This document shows, one piece after another, positions 28,020-38,260 of a stretch of 50,756 nt of DNA. Location of the stretch: positions 48,614,882 through 48,665,637 of the forward strand of contig NC_068984.1 in assembly GCF_001194135.2 (NCBI RefSeq), written 5' to 3'. A program made the translations under genes and the position numbers. Source of the stretch: Octopus bimaculoides. Its lineage: Eukaryota. Below the pieces are notes generated by a model. The model was not told the DNA's origin. It saw only the letters and a list, made by a program, of their open reading frames with translations, and did no database searches. Positions within the stretch are counted from its first letter, which is position 1, and each line of letters opens with the position of its first letter.

Positions 28020-29168
28020 CAGTTCAAATATGCTTGGGGAACATTCGGACCGGTGAACAAGCTACTCACTGAGTGTTGTCACGGAAAATGTGTCCTGTTT
28101 GTTGACAAATAATATGTGTACACCTATATCAGCTCGCAGCGCTGTGTGCCCAGACAGTGCACCGATTTTTTTTTTCCACGAGTGTTCCGGACCCGTTATG
28201 AAGTCATTTACATACAGCCAATCAGAGCTCAACTATCAAACTAATCTATGAGCGCATAATAAGTGATGGGCAATAAGATATGGTCACTTGAGAAAGAAAT
28301 GACCATGCTTCTTTTATTTTTTAATAAAGCTTGCTGTTTTTGTTTTTCTTTCAATCATGGCTGCCTCTGCCTACTTATTTGTATTGTTATTTGTTTTATT
28401 TTGTTTTACAAAAGCTCATAAACTGAATAAAACTCGTTTTACGCTGAAGACCACAGGAAAATGTACATGATTGCCAAAGATACATTAACAATACAAACTC
28501 GTCCATAATTCGTATCAATGAATCAATGTGTATTTATAACATCTTCAAGTTGTTTCCGTGCTTTCATATTCGTCAAACTCATTATCTTTTATTGCTACAG
28601 TAATCCAAACTTACCGCTAACCAACGTATGTGTTCAATATCGATGATATTGGAATCTGAATGAGAGCACAATACAAGATTCACATGGCAATCGGAGGTCA
28701 CCATTTTGAATGTCAATCTTTGTTAACTTGACAACAAGGTCAAGGTGAGCTCTGATTGGCTGTAAGCAAATTAGTTCATTACAGTAGTCCGGAATTCTCG
28801 TGGAACAAAAATTTCGCCGCCAGGCAGCACTGCGAGCTGATTGCAGAGACCAATTCTCATATGCTTTTCTAGTCACCATATGGTGACTGGCACCGCTATG
28901 TGGTGGCTCATGTAATTTACTTACGATGAGCCACCGCACAGCGCTGCCAGTAGCCGTATGGCATCTTGAAAAGTATAAGAGAATGTCTCTTCAATCAGCT
29001 CGCAACGCCGCCTGCCCGGTTGTTGCACGGTCTGGGTAGACGGCGCTGCACGTTGATGATATACGTATATACACACCATTTGTCAACAAACGAGTTATAT
29101 TTTCCGTGACAAAACTCAGTGAGCAGCCTCTTCACCGGTTCGAACGTGCTTTAAGAATATTCGGACTG
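28020..29168. mobile_element. MITE or fold-back element with about 210-bp imperfect terminal inverted arms
   Basis: The left arm (28020-28231) matches the reverse complement of 28746-28815 plus 29020-29168. TACAGCCAATCAGAGCTCA is perfect over 19 bp and CTCACTGAGT[G/T]TTGTCACGGAAAAT matches 24/25. Both ends begin CAGT. No TSD could be resolved. Confidence 0.8.
28821..29014. repeat. Fold-back hairpin (about 90-bp arms, 14-nt spacer) nested in the right arm of the 28020-29168 element
   Basis: TGCGAGCTGATTGCAGAGACCAATTCTCATATGCTTTTC matches the reverse complement of GAAAAGTATAAGAGAATGTCTCTTCAATCAGCTCGCA. CTGGCACCGCTATGTGGTGGCTCAT matches the reverse complement of ATGAGCCACCGCACAGCGCTGCCAG. The spacer is 28912-28925. 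Confidence 0.9.
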
Positions 29169-29804
29169 ATAATAACATTACAATTTTACTTATCAGTGGT
29201 TAGTGCTCCCCCTTTGTAATACCCATTTATGTTTTAAGATCCCAGCCACGCTGATTTCATTTGTTTTATGATTCAATTTAGAATACACAAGATACAGACG
29301 AAAGATCAGAAGCAACGTAATCGACAAAATTATCTAACACTTCACTCGACTTTAGCTGCTGCCTGATAACTGAATCCAAGTAAACTGAAAACGAGAATGA
29401 ACGAACGGCGTAAGTTTTAGAGCTGAGCTCACTGTTCGTAAGGACAAGAAAATCGTCTCTTCATCAAATGAAAAAACAAGCAGTGTGATACACATTTGGT
29501 GCAGAGAAAGTGCGTAATTCTTAAAATAAAATGATGGGTTCGATTTTTGAGATTCATATGTTTGTTACAGAGATTCATATGCTGTTACATAGTTACAAAA
29601 ATTCCGAATTCAGAAATATAGAACTAGATATGAATGACCGCACACATATGTAGATAGACAGACAGATATATATGGAACACAATTTTGAAAATAAAAGCAC
29701 GAAGACGTGGTAAAAGACAACGGGCTTTAATTAGACGGACACCTTATGCTGAAATGACCTCAGGTTGACAGACAAAAAAAAAACAGGCAGACGGACACAC
29801 CGAT

Positions 29805-29810
29805 AGACTG

Positions 29811-29848
<38 letters not shown>

Positions 29849-30035
29849 GTAGGTAGGTAAATGAATAGACTGATAGATAGATAAATAATTTGGTAGGTAC
29901 GTAGGTACCTAAGTAGATAGGTAGAGAGAGAGAAATAGGTAGGTCGGTAGGTAGGTTGATACACACACTCACATATGTGTGTGTGCGCGCGTGTGCATGT
30001 GTGTGCGTGCGTGTGCGTGTGTGTGCGCGTGCGGG
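29805..30035. repeat. Compound (GACA)(GA)(GGTA)(GATA) and (TG/CG) microsatellite
   Basis: Visible runs. Confidence 0.93.
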
Positions 30036-30843
30036 TATATATATGGATAGGTGGGCTTGTAGGTAGGTTATGAGACAGAGATATGTTAATACACACCCAC
30101 ATGCATTTATCACTATAAACATGCATGCAAATGCATATATGCATGTACGCATGTATGTGTATAACTTTAAGGATTGTGTTATATATGTCTCAATTGTAAA
30201 AATCTATGCAATTTGACTAAAAAAAATAGACGCATGTAAATTTGAAATGTGATTTTGAAATCTTACGTTGACAAGATATTTCATAGATTATGAGAATGGT
30301 AATATCTCCATTTTAAATGCTGTATAAGAGAGAAAAAAACTCGTTTAAAATGCTATACAGCAGGCAAATAAAAAATATTTACGATTTTACACTAACACAT
30401 ACGCACACATACACACACACACATGCATATATACATACATATACGCATATACGTGTACATATTAATATATGTATCTGTATATATATGTATATGTATANNN
30501 NNNNNNNNNNNNNNNNNNNNNNNNNNNNNNNNNNNNNNNNNNNNNNNNNNNNNNNNNNNNNNNNNNNNNNNNNNNNNNNNNNNNNNNNNNNNNNNNNNNN
30601 NNNNNNNNNNNNNNNNNNNNNNNNNNNNNNNNNNNNNNNNNNNNNNNNNNNNNNNNNNNNNNNNNNNNNNNNNNNNNNNNNNNNNNNNNNNNNNNNNNNN
30701 NNNNNNNNNNNNNNNNNNNNNNNNNNNNNNNNNNNNNNNNNNNNNNNNNNNNNNNNNNNNNNNNNNNNNNNNNNNNNNNNNNNNNNNNNNNNNNNNNNNN
30801 NNNNNNNNNNNNNNNNATATGCATATAAATATAAATATGCGTG

Positions 30844-30876
<33 letters not shown>

Positions 30877-31435
30877 ATGAATATATATATATATGTATCT
30901 AAGTATGTATACACTTGTTGATACATATAAATATGATGAAAAGTAAAAGCAAATAATAAAGGGAGATGGGAATTGTAAAATCAAGATATAAATTTTTTTG
31001 ACATTTCAGGGAATGACTGAGATTTCATTTATGAAGTGGAAATAAAACGTAGCTCTAATAAATGCATGGATTATCTCAACGTTCAAATCACCAATAGGAA
31101 ACCCTTTAAACATGCACATACAGAATAACCTATGTTTAATAATATGTGTTGACAATATGAAATCTAAATTTATCTAATCCATTAGCACTATTTCTTTCTA
31201 AGATTGTGATTAAATCCATCAAATCCATTTGTATGAAGCCTTTCGGAAACAATGAATAATGTCAGTAAAACCCATTAGCACCTAGCATTAAAAGAAGCCA
31301 CTGAAGCATTTATCAAAATTCCAAACTAATTTTTGAATGAACTCAATAGAACACATTTTTTAAAGCAAAATATTGGAAGATCAAAATCTCTCTGACCAAA
31401 TTACTTGACAGAGAACTATTGCAAAATATATATCT

Positions 31436-31448
31436 ACACACACACACA

Positions 31449-31516
<68 letters not shown>

Positions 31517-31558
31517 TACACACACACAAACACACACATGCATACACGCACGCGCATA
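31436..31558. repeat. (CA)n microsatellite
   Basis: Visible run. Confidence 0.98.
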
Positions 31559-31949
31559 CGTATGGCTTCTCGATGGCTGCGGATGGCTCCGGACATCTGC
31601 ATATGCATAGTTAGATAAAGAAATTATAAAATGCTTGGGAGATACACGCTAGTCAATGAAGTTCCAGTTCGTATTTGAGACACGCAGGTGAGCAATTCTA
31701 CTTAAAAAGAACATCAGTCACATGGACCAATTGAAGTCACCAGCTAGTAGGCCATCATTCAATGAACAATCTTGTGAAAGAGTAACTCGATATCGTTTCA
31801 AAAGCCAACGACTTCTGTTTAACTAGTAAACCTCATCGTCTGCAGTTTCCTTGAGTGTTCAACAGTATTACGCTTATGATCCAACATGGGGAAGCTTTAC
31901 GCAGTCACTATATGTGCTAGATATGGAAGCCAAGTCTTCCATATAGTCA

Positions 31950-32612
31950 AAGGGGTGGCTGTGTCATAGGAAGCTTGGTTCGCAAGAACTCAGTTCGTAT
32001 TTAGTCCCTCTGCTTGGCACATTCGGCAAGTGTCTTATGTATGTTCATGCTTGGTGGTGGGGTGCTAAAGACTTCCTAGCTTTAAGGTTGGCGCGAAAGG
32101 CCTGGTTAGAAGCCTGTCCTTCCGAATTCCGTTATAGAGATTAGAAAATGTGAAGGACCGCTGGAATAAGCCAGTATCTTTTAACATCCCCTCATATTAT
32201 GAACTAAGTAGAAACTAATAAATGGCCATCACAAATACATCACAATACCGTTGTGATAACCAAGGGACTCACATACCATCGCTCACTTATTAAGCAGAGT
32301 TTTATGAATAACGTGTGCCATTATTTGTGAGTGGAATTGGTACACGAAAACTGAAAGAAGCCCGTCATATATGTATGCGTGTTTGTGTTTATGTGTAGGG
32401 GTGAGCGTATGTATGTTTGTGTGTCTATGTTTGTCCCCCACTACCATCATTTAACAACCGATGTTGTTGTGTTTAGCGTTTTGACAAAAGAAACCGATAG
32501 AATAAGTACGAGGCTTACAAAAAATAAGTCCTGGGATCGATTTGCTCATCTAAGGTGGTGCTCTAGCATGGCCGCAATAAAATAACTGAAACAAGTAAAA
32601 GAATAAAAGAAT
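31950..32612 (+). mobile_element. tRNA-type SINE, apparently interrupted by about 275 bp of unrelated sequence (about 32045-32320)
   Basis: The head is GGTGGCTGTGT...GGCAAGTGTCTT. The body is GAAAACTGAAAGAAGCCCGTC...CCGATAGAATAAGTAC...GGTGGTGCTCTAGCATGGCCGC...CTGAAACAAGTAAAAGAATAAAAG. Confidence 0.75.
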
Positions 32613-32616
32613 GTAG

Positions 32617-32765
32617 GCGCGGAAGCGTGGGTAAGAAGTTAGCTTCCTCGCCATGTGAACTTAGGTTAAGTCCGTTTGTACGGCTCCTAGAGCAAGTGGC
32701 TTCTACTATAGCTCCGGATCGACCAAAACCTTGTGCACAGATTTGGTTGACATAAACTTAAAGAA
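32617..32765 (+). mobile_element. SINE 5' half, in tandem behind the previous copy
   Basis: The sequence runs GGCGC...GGTAAGAAG...GGTTAAGTCC (B-box-like)...GCAAGTGGCTTCTACTATAGC...CGACCAAAACCTTGTG...GATTTGGTTGAC and leads into a TG/TA microsatellite. Confidence 0.75.
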
Positions 32766-33197
32766 GTGTGTGTGTCTGTGTGTATTATATATATATATTT
32801 GTANNNNNNNNNNTATATATGTCTGTATGTGCGTATATATGTGTGTGCATGTGTGTGCGTGTATATATATATTATTTATTATTTATTTATATGTATATAT
32901 ATTAGTGTGTCTGGGGAGAGTCATTCCCTTTTAGTGTCTTATTTAACACACTCACCGGTTCGATTTACGCTCATTTACTTATTCGTTCTTTCAAAAGCTT
33001 TCGTTGCGTCTTGGAACCTTTTCAATAGTCGTTGTCTCTGTCCATTGTCAGAGCTGCGTTCGTTTTGTTTGTTTGTTTGTTTGTTTATGCGCATGTGTGT
33101 GCGTCAGTGTACATGTGTACACACATATGTATGCTTGTGTGTATGTATATATACATGCAGGTTTAAATGTATGTGTATGTGTGTCTGTGTATGCATG

Positions 33198-33265
<68 letters not shown>

Positions 33266-33364
33266 GATATATATTGCTAGAAAGGACAACAAAGGAAAGA
33301 AAGGGACCTCGATATTATGTAAATAGAGGAATTTATCTGTAAAAATATGTGACACTTATTCGGT

Positions 33365-33436
33365 AGCCATGATAAAACCCTGAGTTTCGGATGCCGGGGT
33401 GGGAACCCACGCCAACATCTCTTCAGTTATCCGGCC
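33365..33436 (-). ncRNA. Putative type I hammerhead ribozyme
   Basis: The minus strand reads GGCCGGATAA-CTGAAGA-GATGTTGG...CCGGCATC-C-GAAA-CTCAGGG-TT-TTATC-ATGGC. The core CUGANGA and GAAA are intact. Stem I is GATAA/TTATC, stem II is 8 bp with 2 G-U pairs, stem III is short, and the triplet is GUU. Confidence 0.7.
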
Positions 33437-33744
33437 ATTGAAAATTCCTGTGAAAAATGACCGTTAAACAAAAGGAAATTACTGTGTCGTTGACCGTTAT
33501 TAAGACAAAACAGCTATAGACCGCTAAGTAAGGGGAGGAAGTAAAGGTAAGTGGTAGAAAAGTCTATAGTGTTCGCGTAAGTGCACCAATCCGTACATTC
33601 GCCTATATATATATACTAAACCACCCTCGCTTGAAACACACACATGCTCACACACATACTCGCCAAAAACTATACAATATATATACATATACATATATAT
33701 ATACCCGCATACACACCCACACACACAAGCTCTGACAACACACT

Positions 33745-34326
33745 GTCATATTCTCTGATGAGTCCAAATTTGCTATATTTTCTGACAGTGGTCGAGTGTG
33801 TGTCTGGAGACTCTGTGATCAAGAATTTGGTGTGAAAAGATTGCAACCAACAATGAAACATGGCGACTATTCTGTGATAGTCTGGGGTTCAATTTGGAGC
33901 CATGGTCGATCAGAGCTGGTGAAGAGTGAGGGAAATATAAACTCAGATAAATATGTGTTCATATCGTACAAAGGACTCCTTCTAATTTTCTTCAGTGGTG
34001 AAATGATTTAAGAAAGCTCTTTATTTACAGAAGATGGGGCTCCTTGTCACACGGCTAAAAAGATCCAAAGCTGGTTGGAAAAGAACTGCATGAAAAAGCT
34101 TCCATGGCCAATCAGTCACCAGATATGAACCCTATTGGACACCATTGGGACATACTGAACAGAACATTTCATAAAAAAAAACAAAGCATACTCAAAGCCA
34201 GATCTTTTGAGATTACTGCATGAAACATGGCATCAAATTCGTGAAGAGAATATTCATCTGATCGGCAGCATGTCTAATAGGATCGTTGCATTGAAAAGTG
34301 TAAAGGGTATGTCTAATAAATATTAG
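33745..34326 (+). pseudogene. Tc1-family DD34E transposase catalytic-domain remnant
   Basis: Translation gives VIFSDESKF...VWR...PTMKHG..SVIVWGSI...GNINSDKY...EDGAPCHTAKKIQSWLEKN...PWP-QSPDMNPIG(E)HHWDIL...SMSNRIVALKSVKGMSNKY*. It has one stop and frameshifts, and the second D to third acidic position spacing is about 34. Confidence 0.9.
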
Positions 34327-34639
34327 ATATTCACATTATAATAATTAATAAATAATTTGAATGTACAATTCCAGATTTTAATTAATTTTAACGAGTATAA
34401 GTGTGTCTATTTACTTCTGTCATGTATGTCTATATAGTCCGTACATAGACTTGTGCTACTTTGCGGCTAAGAGAGTTTTATCTCTTCTTTCTAGCAATGT
34501 AGGTGCTACTCTGTACCGTCAGTTACAATTAATGACAACTGAATTCTTCCTGTTTTTGGTTTTATATTGTTTATAGCCGCCTTCGTTATTTTATATCCAA
34601 GTGTGAATGCGGGGTTGCATGTTTCTTTGTGTTTGTTGT

Positions 34640-34795
34640 TGTGATTTCCCCACCAACGCTTTAACCGGTAATGGTTTGTTTATGTCCCCATAACTTAGTG
34701 GTTACTTTTTAAAAAATAACCCGATTATTTCGAGTAAGCCTTTCAAGGTGGTGCACCAGCATGACCACGGTCCTATTACTGAAACAAGTTGCATA
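34640..34795 (+). mobile_element. SINE 3' fragment
   Basis: TTTATGTCCCCATAACTTAGTGGTT...GGTGGTGCACCAGCATGACCAC...CTGAAACAAGT matches the tail of the 32322-32612 copy. Confidence 0.7.
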
Positions 34796-36716
34796 TAAAA
34801 CTGATATATCATGCTATCAACACAGTTTAGAAGATAACCAGCACTCTTCAATTGTATCGGTAAATTTGAGGAAATGTCGAAAATAAAACAACAATAGACG
34901 GACTGTCCTTTGCTAGTGGATGGCATACATAGCTGTATCAAGGATATAACACAATGATAGTAGCTCAGTAATATCCACCACAAATCACTGAACAAATAAT
35001 CCTATACACAATACCCATTTTCTAGTGCGTCTTCATGCTTTCAAATGCACCACAGATATATTTGCATGCTATATGACAAAATACTCCTTTGACTTCTCTT
35101 AAAGTCCAATAATGTGTGTACATAACTATTTCTTCTAGAGATATCTTCATTGAATATATAAAAATGTACTTCAACAACAACCATCAATGAGTCGATGGAT
35201 AACGAGTATATTTGGAAGTATATTCAGCTATTAATGAAAGTAGGTCTTACAGCATGTCAGCTACAATTAGATCTTGGTATGTGAATTTAATCAAGAAAAT
35301 ACCATTTCATTCAGATAATTTGCATCATTTTTCTAAATGGTTTCCTGTGACTTTTTGAGGAACAGTATAATTGCTTGGGTACCGAACACTTTCTCCATTC
35401 CACCAGATTCTGTCCGCGACGTTTAAGGTTTTTTATAACTTGAATCTTTTTCAGTTTCTTTATATATTCTCCTGATATGCAAGCACAGATGATGTTTTTA
35501 TTATTTAACTATGATAATTTCTCCAGTGGGTGGTGAAACCCCGCGCAAAGCACTGTTACTCTGATCAGCACGTTCCCCATTCCTCCTGCAATCTAGAAGT
35601 GAATGGTCAGAATAAGCCTGTTCATCCGGACTACACTGGCCACTGTAATACACTTTTCACCGAATTTGCTTGAAGACGTTTCCCTCTCTACCCTCAGTTT
35701 TCTTTTCAAGTGAAGCCTGAAAAAATTCATGTGGGTTTGGCCAAAGAGAAATGAGACTGTCTTGATTATACGACGTTTTTCTTTGAAGCTACCTGACAAA
35801 TGAGGACAGCTGCTTTTCCAGGGCCGAAGAAATCTGGTGGAGAAATATTCACAATGGAGTTAGCTTACACGCAAAATTTATCTGTTCGAATTAAACCCAT
35901 GTCCCCCATACATTTTCACGTCAAAAAAAAGTATGGAGATGCCGGTGTCTCAGCGCATGCCTAAGCAGCATTGCCCATGGCATACCCAGTTCTCCCGTCA
36001 GCGGATGTTGATGGTAAACGTCTGACCAGTGGAACGTGTCCCTTCCCCAAAAGGTGAAATAGCTGAGGCTCCAGTCTGTTCCAACGTGAAATGAAGCGAG
36101 GCATGACAGTCAGTTGCTAATAGATACAGACACTAACCAGTATTGCGAACTTGATTTTCAGAATGAAATCCCGTTTCAGAAATATATTTATTATACTACA
36201 TTGGAGTACTATCGATGCAAGCGGCCCGCTTTCTTTTTTTCTGGGACTAATTTTATTCGAACCCCACAAAAAAAGTATACAGCAAGAATAACATAACAGT
36301 AGCTCGAACTTTATATTTTCAGAAACCATATTGATGCAATAACCCATTTTGTTTAGCGCTTCATTAGCCTTTGTCGGCAGTCTGTATATGCAACATCATT
36401 CAATTAATACTCTTAGATAATTGACTTACGGTAATAAACCTGTAAGAGAGATCCACAGAAATTATAAAGCAGCTTAAAATTAGAATTAGAATTTATAATG
36501 TAGAAATAATAAACTAGATAAGAATTAGAATTTAGAATTAATTAGTGAATAAAAAATATACATTCAATTGAAACGTCTCAGTGTGCACACTTGCCAAGAC
36601 TAAACTTTGTTAATCTCCTTTAAACAAACTGTAAATCACAAGCAACATTCTGAATGTATGTATGAATATATGCATGTGTATATTTGTATGTAAGGGTGTG
36701 TATGCAAGCATGTATC

Positions 36717-36771
<55 letters not shown>

Positions 36772-37384
36772 CTATGTAGCTATGTAACAATGTATGCATG
36801 TATGTATATGTATATGCATGTATCTATGTGCTTATTTTTGCTTGTGTGAGTGTGTGTATGTGTTATATGTTTGCAAGTATATATGTATGTCTATGTGAAT
36901 ATAGCGATATCTTCGTCGTTCTCGACGATGATTATTCAGCTGTTTGATTAACTGAATTCTCGTGTTTCTAACGTGGAAACGTTTGAGTCTTTCACAGGCA
37001 TTTTCTCTTCCTCTATCTTCCTTCCCCTTCTGTCTCACTCTCTCTCCCCATCTCTCTCTTTCTCTCTCTATCTCTCACTCTTCCGTTTTCTCACTTTCTC
37101 TCCCTTTATATTATATGTATTTGACAGAGAGAAAAAAACCTGTGAAATCTCCTCAGAGGTTCTGGGGCTGTTACTTTCGACGGAAATTCTCGAAGGCAGT
37201 GACCCAGCATGTTCGCAGTCTTATGACAGAAACGAGTAAAAGATAAACGATAAGAGGTACGTTAAAGCAGTAAATATGATTCTCATCTTGAAATAGAATA
37301 AACACATAACACATGGTACAAATTTCTCTTATCGAAACAACCATTGCAAGTATAATACAAAGTAGCTGAACTTCTACGGGAGAT

Positions 37385-38260
37385 AAAAATAACTGGATGG
37401 ACCAAAAGCGCAGTATGCTTTGTTTAAATTAGCAAGTTTGACAAAATTTCGGTAAAAATTTCCCAATAAACGACGTGTATTATTTTCTTTTGTTTGCAAA
37501 CCTATCTCTGTATATATGCGTACAAAAATATAATTGTCTAGATATGTGTGTAGAAATATATACCCATCTTCCCAATACAGAGTGACGTCCAGTATCAACC
37601 AACAGAGACATTTGAGGACCGTTTATTTTGGAGATATTTAAAGTTGCCTATATATTTCAACTCGATCTCTCATTTATCCCAGAAGCTCCACCTTGTGCTT
37701 CTACTGGTACATTTCATGTAGAATTCCTTTATATATGTAATGCTGAAGATGAGGCAAAGTTGTTACTGGCATTTTAGAAGTGGTCGACAAATGCTTCCAT
37801 GTTAGATTCATCATGCGCAAGCCATAATAGACTCTTAGATGCTTAACTTTACTTTTAGCTTGCAATCTATGAATATTGAACAACTTGTTATCATGTCTGT
37901 ATTTCATCCTAACCCCAGATGGTGGCATTCAAAGCACTTCCTCTAATATAATAGAAGAAAATGACACGGGAAATGGTATGTTGCAAGTCACCCTTGTTTC
38001 ACACCAACTGTAATAGAAAATGATACAGATGTCTCCATCGAACTTAATTCTCAACAAGTCATAAAACTAGACTATTCTACACACGAATATAGGTAGGCAA
38101 ACATATTTGCACAGAATCTCCAAAAGTTGCTATTGTCAAAAGCTTTCACGGGCACAACAATGGTTATATAGACGGTTTGATTCTGCTTTATGCAGACCAA
38201 CTTCATATGTTTTATTGCAGGAGCATATCAGATATATTCAATCTTTGCGAGTACTACTGG
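37385..38260 (-). mobile_element. RTE-clade LINE reverse transcriptase fragment (heavily decayed)
   Basis: The minus strand gives CIKQNQTVYITIVVPVKAFD...SFSITVGVKQG*LA...GVRMKYRHDNKLFNIHRLQAKSKVK, an RTE/BovB-like signature, and later NKAYCAFG. Confidence 0.82.

Noticed and set aside
31620-31870. Minus-strand LLAGDFNW, resembling an APE endonuclease motif
   Set aside because: It is a single short motif without other APE blocks; possible but unsupported.
38196-38259. Plus-strand exon candidate with good splice sites (TNFICFIAGAYQIYSIFASTT)
   Set aside because: It lies antisense within the RTE RT fragment, which explains the open frames.
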